A stretch of DNA of 58,056 bases from an uncultured Mycoplasma sp. (GTDB taxonomy: Bacteria; Bacillota_I; Bacilli_A; RF39; UBA660): NCBI GenBank assembly GCA_945915275.1, contig CAMEEZ010000003.1, positions 1 to 58,056 of the forward strand, in the 5' to 3' direction. Positions 54,858 to 58,056 of the stretch are shown here, piece by piece. The position numbers and the translations under genes are program-made. The notes under the pieces are model-generated. The model was not told the origin of the DNA. It did no database searches and saw only the letters and a program-made list of their open reading frames with translations. Position 1 is the stretch's first letter; the number at the start of each line of letters is the position of its first letter.

Positions 54858-55940
54858 TTATTTCATTTTTAATATATATTCATAATTCTTTAGAAGTCTC
54901 TCATCATTAGGATTTATTTCTAGTGCTTTTATTATATTTTCTAAGGCTTTTTCTTTATCTTTTTTATTGTAATATGCAAGACTTAAAAGATCATATGGGG
55001 TTTCGTTAAAAGTAAACACTTCATTAATATAAGTTTTTCCATTGATAGGAATTTCTAGTGCTTTTAAAACTAACTTTTCTAACTCATCCCAATTTTCTAA
55101 AGTGTACATTAAAATTGCTTTTTCTATTAAAGGGTCTCTTAAATGAGGAGCTTCTTCAATTGCTTTATCTAACCACATAATTGCTTCATCGTATCTTTTT
55201 AAAGCAGTATAACTTCTTGCAATAAAACGCATTGATGCACTTCTTTCATCTTTCCAAGTTGCTTTAGGTAATTTCAAGTGTTTAATTAAAGTATCAATAC
55301 ATTCATTCCATCTTTCATAATACATATATTCTCTTCCTAAATAATGCATATTCCTGTCATCATCAGGATCTTCTTTGACAGATAATTCTAGTAATGGAAG
55401 ATAACTGCTTCTAGATTTATTTCTATCCGGATAATGATTTAAAGTAATATCTGGTATAGTTAATATCTTTTCTTTTTCACCAATAAACGTTAAAACTTCA
55501 TGAACAGGATGAGTCCATTTATAATCTTTTAAGGTATGAGTTTTTTCATAAAAGAAACTTACAATAGGTCTATTTTGTTCATCTAAACTCCAGTTATAAG
55601 TGTATCTTGCTTTCGTAGCATCAATGCACCAATTCTTTTCAAGAATATCTCTCCACCCATGAACAAAAACTTCATCTAAATCTGTACAAACACAAATATC
55701 TGCATCTTCTGGTATAAGTTTTAATGATTCATTTCGAGCCACATCAAATCGCCAAGGACTAATTATTTTAGTTTCGACATTAACCCCTTTTTCTTTTAAT
55801 CTTTCTACTGTATTATCTGTAGAACCTGTGTCTAAAACAAAGATGCCATCTGCTTCATTCATTGAATCAACCCAACGATCCACAAATTTTTCTTCATTTT
55901 TACTTATAGCGTAAACATAAATTTTTAATTTTTTATTCAT
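54858..55940 (-). CDS. GT-A glycosyltransferase fused to C-terminal TPR repeats
   Basis: IYVYAISKNEEKFVDRWVDSM...FVLDTGSTDNTVERL...CTDLDEVF (DxD), then TPR units (ARSYTALKRYDEAIMWLDKAIE, LAYYNKKDKEKALENIIKALEINP). Confidence 0.75.
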   Translation of the reverse strand: MNKKLKIYVYAISKNEEKFVDRWVDSMNEADGIFVLDTGSTDNTVERLKEKGVNVETKIISPWRFDVARNESLKLIPEDADICVCTDLDEVFVHGWRDILEKNWCIDATKARYTYNWSLDEQNRPIVSFFYEKTHTLKDYKWTHPVHEVLTFIGEKEKILTIPDITLNHYPDRNKSRSSYLPLLELSVKEDPDDDRNMHYLGREYMYYERWNECIDTLIKHLKLPKATWKDERSASMRFIARSYTALKRYDEAIMWLDKAIEEAPHLRDPLIEKAILMYTLENWDELEKLVLKALEIPINGKTYINEVFTFNETPYDLLSLAYYNKKDKEKALENIIKALEINPNDERLLKNYEYILKMK

Positions 55941-55988
55941 TTTTTCACCAATATAATATATGCAACAAAAAAAGAAAGATATGTGTTT

Positions 55989-57638
55989 TTATCTTTCTAA
56001 TCTTTGATATTTTTTTGTAGACAACATTAATCCACAACTTAATAAAATTAAAAGTAAGTATTTTAAAATATTATCACCTGTTGGAGGATTTGAAACATCT
56101 TGCTTTACATCTTCGACTATATAATAATTACTAAAATGTTTTGTACTAAATTGTAAATATTTTTGATTATTATATTCCACAACTTTAACATCAAAATATT
56201 CAATATCTTTTAAATTCTCAGACATATATAAAACTTTAAGATTTTTTCCCCATTCTTCATTATAAGGAATCAATATGTCTGTAACATTGTTGAATTCACT
56301 TATTATCTTATCTAAAATTTTTGAATATAATTTCAAATTATATGAATGAATGTTTTTATATCCAAGTTTTTCTAATTGTCTCGCTTCATCTTTAGTCACT
56401 TCAAATTGTTCAACTAATAATTTAGCATCTAAAGGAACATTTCCAGATTTAGTTTTTAAAATTATTCCTGTTTTATAGTCTTTTGAAACTATCGTTGCTA
56501 TTTTATCTAATTCATTGATATCTAATTCGGCAATACCTATTTCATATTTTATATCATTTATATAAAGATAATGAGTATGCATAGCGACAATATCTTTATT
56601 AAAATAATCTTCTCGAAAATAATCCTCTGTTATTTTAGCGCGCTCTTTTTCTGGAGTACTATTAATAGTTTGATAATATTTTTGAATATCCATATTTAAA
56701 TAATCTCTTAATAAATATCCCACGTCAGCATTTGGATAGCCTATAAAACTTTCTTGTCCTTCAACATATGGTTTAACTTCTATTTTTATTTTCTCATCAT
56801 TTACATATTCTTTTAAACGATCTTCTAAAGTTTTAGCATAATCTTCTAATTTAGTCCCAACTGGAACAAAGAACATTTGAGCACTTGTATATGTATTTAA
56901 TGTAAATCCATATATAATTCCATCTTTTCTTATATAAGTTGAACCTTCTGCCATTGACACAAAAGCATCTCCTCTTCTTGTATCTTCATATCCAACAAAA
57001 AATTCATAACTAGGATTATCTTCAACAACTTTTTTTAATGATGCAAATTCATTTAAAGCATTATCCCCAGCAAAGAAAGTTGATGTATTTGATGAGTAAT
57101 TTAAATAATGATTTAACATTGAAAGGTCAGCTACATATACATCATCAACAATTGATTCAATAATTTTATAAGCTTCTTTTTTTGTATTAGCATCTCCCTC
57201 AACTTCTGTGAATTTTCCTGAAACTACTTTATCTATAATTTCCTTTCCACCATCAAGATAAATTTGAAATTCGCACTCATCATTTTCATGAATTTTAGTA
57301 ACAAGATCAGCAGAACCTTCTACATATTCTTCGTAAACATCACCTTTTTTATGACACGACATATCTATTGCATCATTAGCTTCAAAATCTAATATTTTTT
57401 CTAATTCACTACGAATTATATTTCTTAAAAACCATCCTTCAATATTCCAAACTTCTTCAGTTCTGTGTTCTTTTATAAGTTTGTAATAATCTTCCATATT
57501 TACATATTTAACATCAAACTTATAATCAGCTAACGCTTCTTCCATTTGTTGTTTTCTTTCAGTTATAGTTTTTGCATCTACATTCATAGATGAAAAACTT
57601 AAAAGAAATAAAGTTACTATGATTAATATTTTTTTCAT
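55989..57638 (-). CDS. secreted surface protein with NPPTG sorting signal
   Basis: Signal peptide MKKILIIVTLFLLSFSSMNVDA. The C-terminus is SNPPTGD-NILKYLLLILLSCGLMLS-TKKYQRLER. The NPPTG codons are at 56076-56090. Confidence 0.8.
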   Translation of the reverse strand: MKKILIIVTLFLLSFSSMNVDAKTITERKQQMEEALADYKFDVKYVNMEDYYKLIKEHRTEEVWNIEGWFLRNIIRSELEKILDFEANDAIDMSCHKKGDVYEEYVEGSADLVTKIHENDECEFQIYLDGGKEIIDKVVSGKFTEVEGDANTKKEAYKIIESIVDDVYVADLSMLNHYLNYSSNTSTFFAGDNALNEFASLKKVVEDNPSYEFFVGYEDTRRGDAFVSMAEGSTYIRKDGIIYGFTLNTYTSAQMFFVPVGTKLEDYAKTLEDRLKEYVNDEKIKIEVKPYVEGQESFIGYPNADVGYLLRDYLNMDIQKYYQTINSTPEKERAKITEDYFREDYFNKDIVAMHTHYLYINDIKYEIGIAELDINELDKIATIVSKDYKTGIILKTKSGNVPLDAKLLVEQFEVTKDEARQLEKLGYKNIHSYNLKLYSKILDKIISEFNNVTDILIPYNEEWGKNLKVLYMSENLKDIEYFDVKVVEYNNQKYLQFSTKHFSNYYIVEDVKQDVSNPPTGDNILKYLLLILLSCGLMLSTKKYQRLER

Positions 57639-57693
57639 AAGACACTCTCCTTACTTTGAGTATAGTTTATTATAAATTTTTTTGCAAGATAAA

Positions 57694-57711
57694 AAAGACC
57701 TTTTGGTCTTT
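57694..57711 (-). terminator. intrinsic terminator after collagen-like gene
   Basis: AAAGACC-TTTT-GGTCTTT. On the minus strand the stem is followed by TTTTTATC. It starts 5 nt after the TAA at 57716-57718. Confidence 0.7.
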
Positions 57712-57715
57712 TTCA

Positions 57716-58056
57716 TTAAGCTACTTCACAATCTGCACCAGTAGCACCTTGCGGGCCTTGTTCACCTTGTACCACTTGTTCTCCTTGAACTCCTTGTACA
57801 CCCTGGATACCTTGAATTCCTTGAATACCTTAAACTCCTTGAATACCAGTTGCTCCGGTCGGTCCAGTTGGACCTGTAACTCCAGTTGGACCTGTTGGAC
57901 CTTGTGGAATTGTTAAGTTAAGTATAAAATTTGGCGAACTACCAGTTATCGAAGCGGATGCCTCTGTACCCGGATCTCCTGTTGTTACAATACCTATTGT
58001 TAAAGTTGGTGTGGCTCCGGTTGCTCCGGTTGGACCAGTTGCTCCAGTTGCTCCAG
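57716..58056 (-). pseudogene. collagen-like Gly-X-Y repeat protein (5' end beyond window) interrupted by in-frame TAA
   Basis: Hand translation of the minus strand: ...[111 protein letters not shown]. The internal TAA is at 57830-57832 and the second stop is at 57716-57718. If the first stop is real, the CDS is 57830-58056. Confidence 0.6.

Noticed and set aside
57656-57916. 86-aa plus-strand ORF (…[26 protein letters not shown]…)
   Set aside because: It is the antisense shadow of the collagen-like Gly-X-Y repeat. Its repetitive LNS/LNT pattern is just the complement of GxQ/GxT codons. It also starts inside the terminator and RBS region of the minus-strand genes.
1-58056. Mollicutes genetic code (TGA = Trp), suggested by AT-richness, N-less ClpB and CIRCE-clpB
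   Set aside because: TGA clearly terminates well-supported genes (e.g. the metallophosphoesterase at 4183-4185 and the small ORF at 15018-15020). All long conserved proteins read through without TGA, so the standard code 11 fits.
1-58056. CRISPR arrays, IS elements, transposases, rRNA
   Set aside because: I could not find regularly spaced direct repeats, terminal inverted repeats flanking a transposase-like ORF, or rRNA-like sequence. The only tandem repeats are intragenic (the 48-nt unit at 34.7 kb and the Gly-X-Y triplets at 57.7-58.0 kb).

Overview
Very AT-rich chromosomal segment, with gene content typical of a low-GC Bacillota (Erysipelotrichia/Clostridia-like): dnaB/dnaI loader pair, spoVS, CotF-like gene, HelD, sortase B, T-box leaders. 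It uses the standard code, since TGA is a stop. About 50 of roughly 58 genes lie on the minus strand. Housekeeping genes recognised from motifs are thrS, ligA, clpB, dnaI, dnaB, rpoZ, sufB, gpsA, spoVS, uppS, galE, miaB, serS, lysS, tRNA-Met(CAU) and tRNA-Ala(UGC). Regulatory elements read directly are two T-box leaders (specifiers ACU and UCU, sharing a 33-nt identical core) and a perfect CIRCE operator overlapping a consensus promoter in front of an N-domain-less clpB. There are several sigmaA-type promoters and intrinsic terminators. Best candidates for something undescribed: (1) at 32.5-38.2 kb, five consecutive membrane proteins each carry the same CxxCG...CxxCG zinc ribbon, organised around a YdjI-type SPFH protein. 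(2) At 43.3-58 kb there is a surface-decoration island. It holds a sortase B with a ~330-aa extra N-terminal region, candidate substrates with NPPTG, VTDTG and (elsewhere) YPKTG signals, and a small peptide plus ABC exporter. It also holds a glycosyltransferase operon with two histidine-phosphatase modules, a GT2-TPR protein, and a collagen-like gene cut by an in-frame TAA inside its Gly-X-Y array. (3) A YfcC-type transporter carries a ~100-aa Ca-binding DxDxDG repeat insertion. (4) A possible competence-related group includes a pseudopilin, a DUF2779 nuclease-like protein and a tail-less SSB. All family assignments come from motif recognition by eye; no searches were run.
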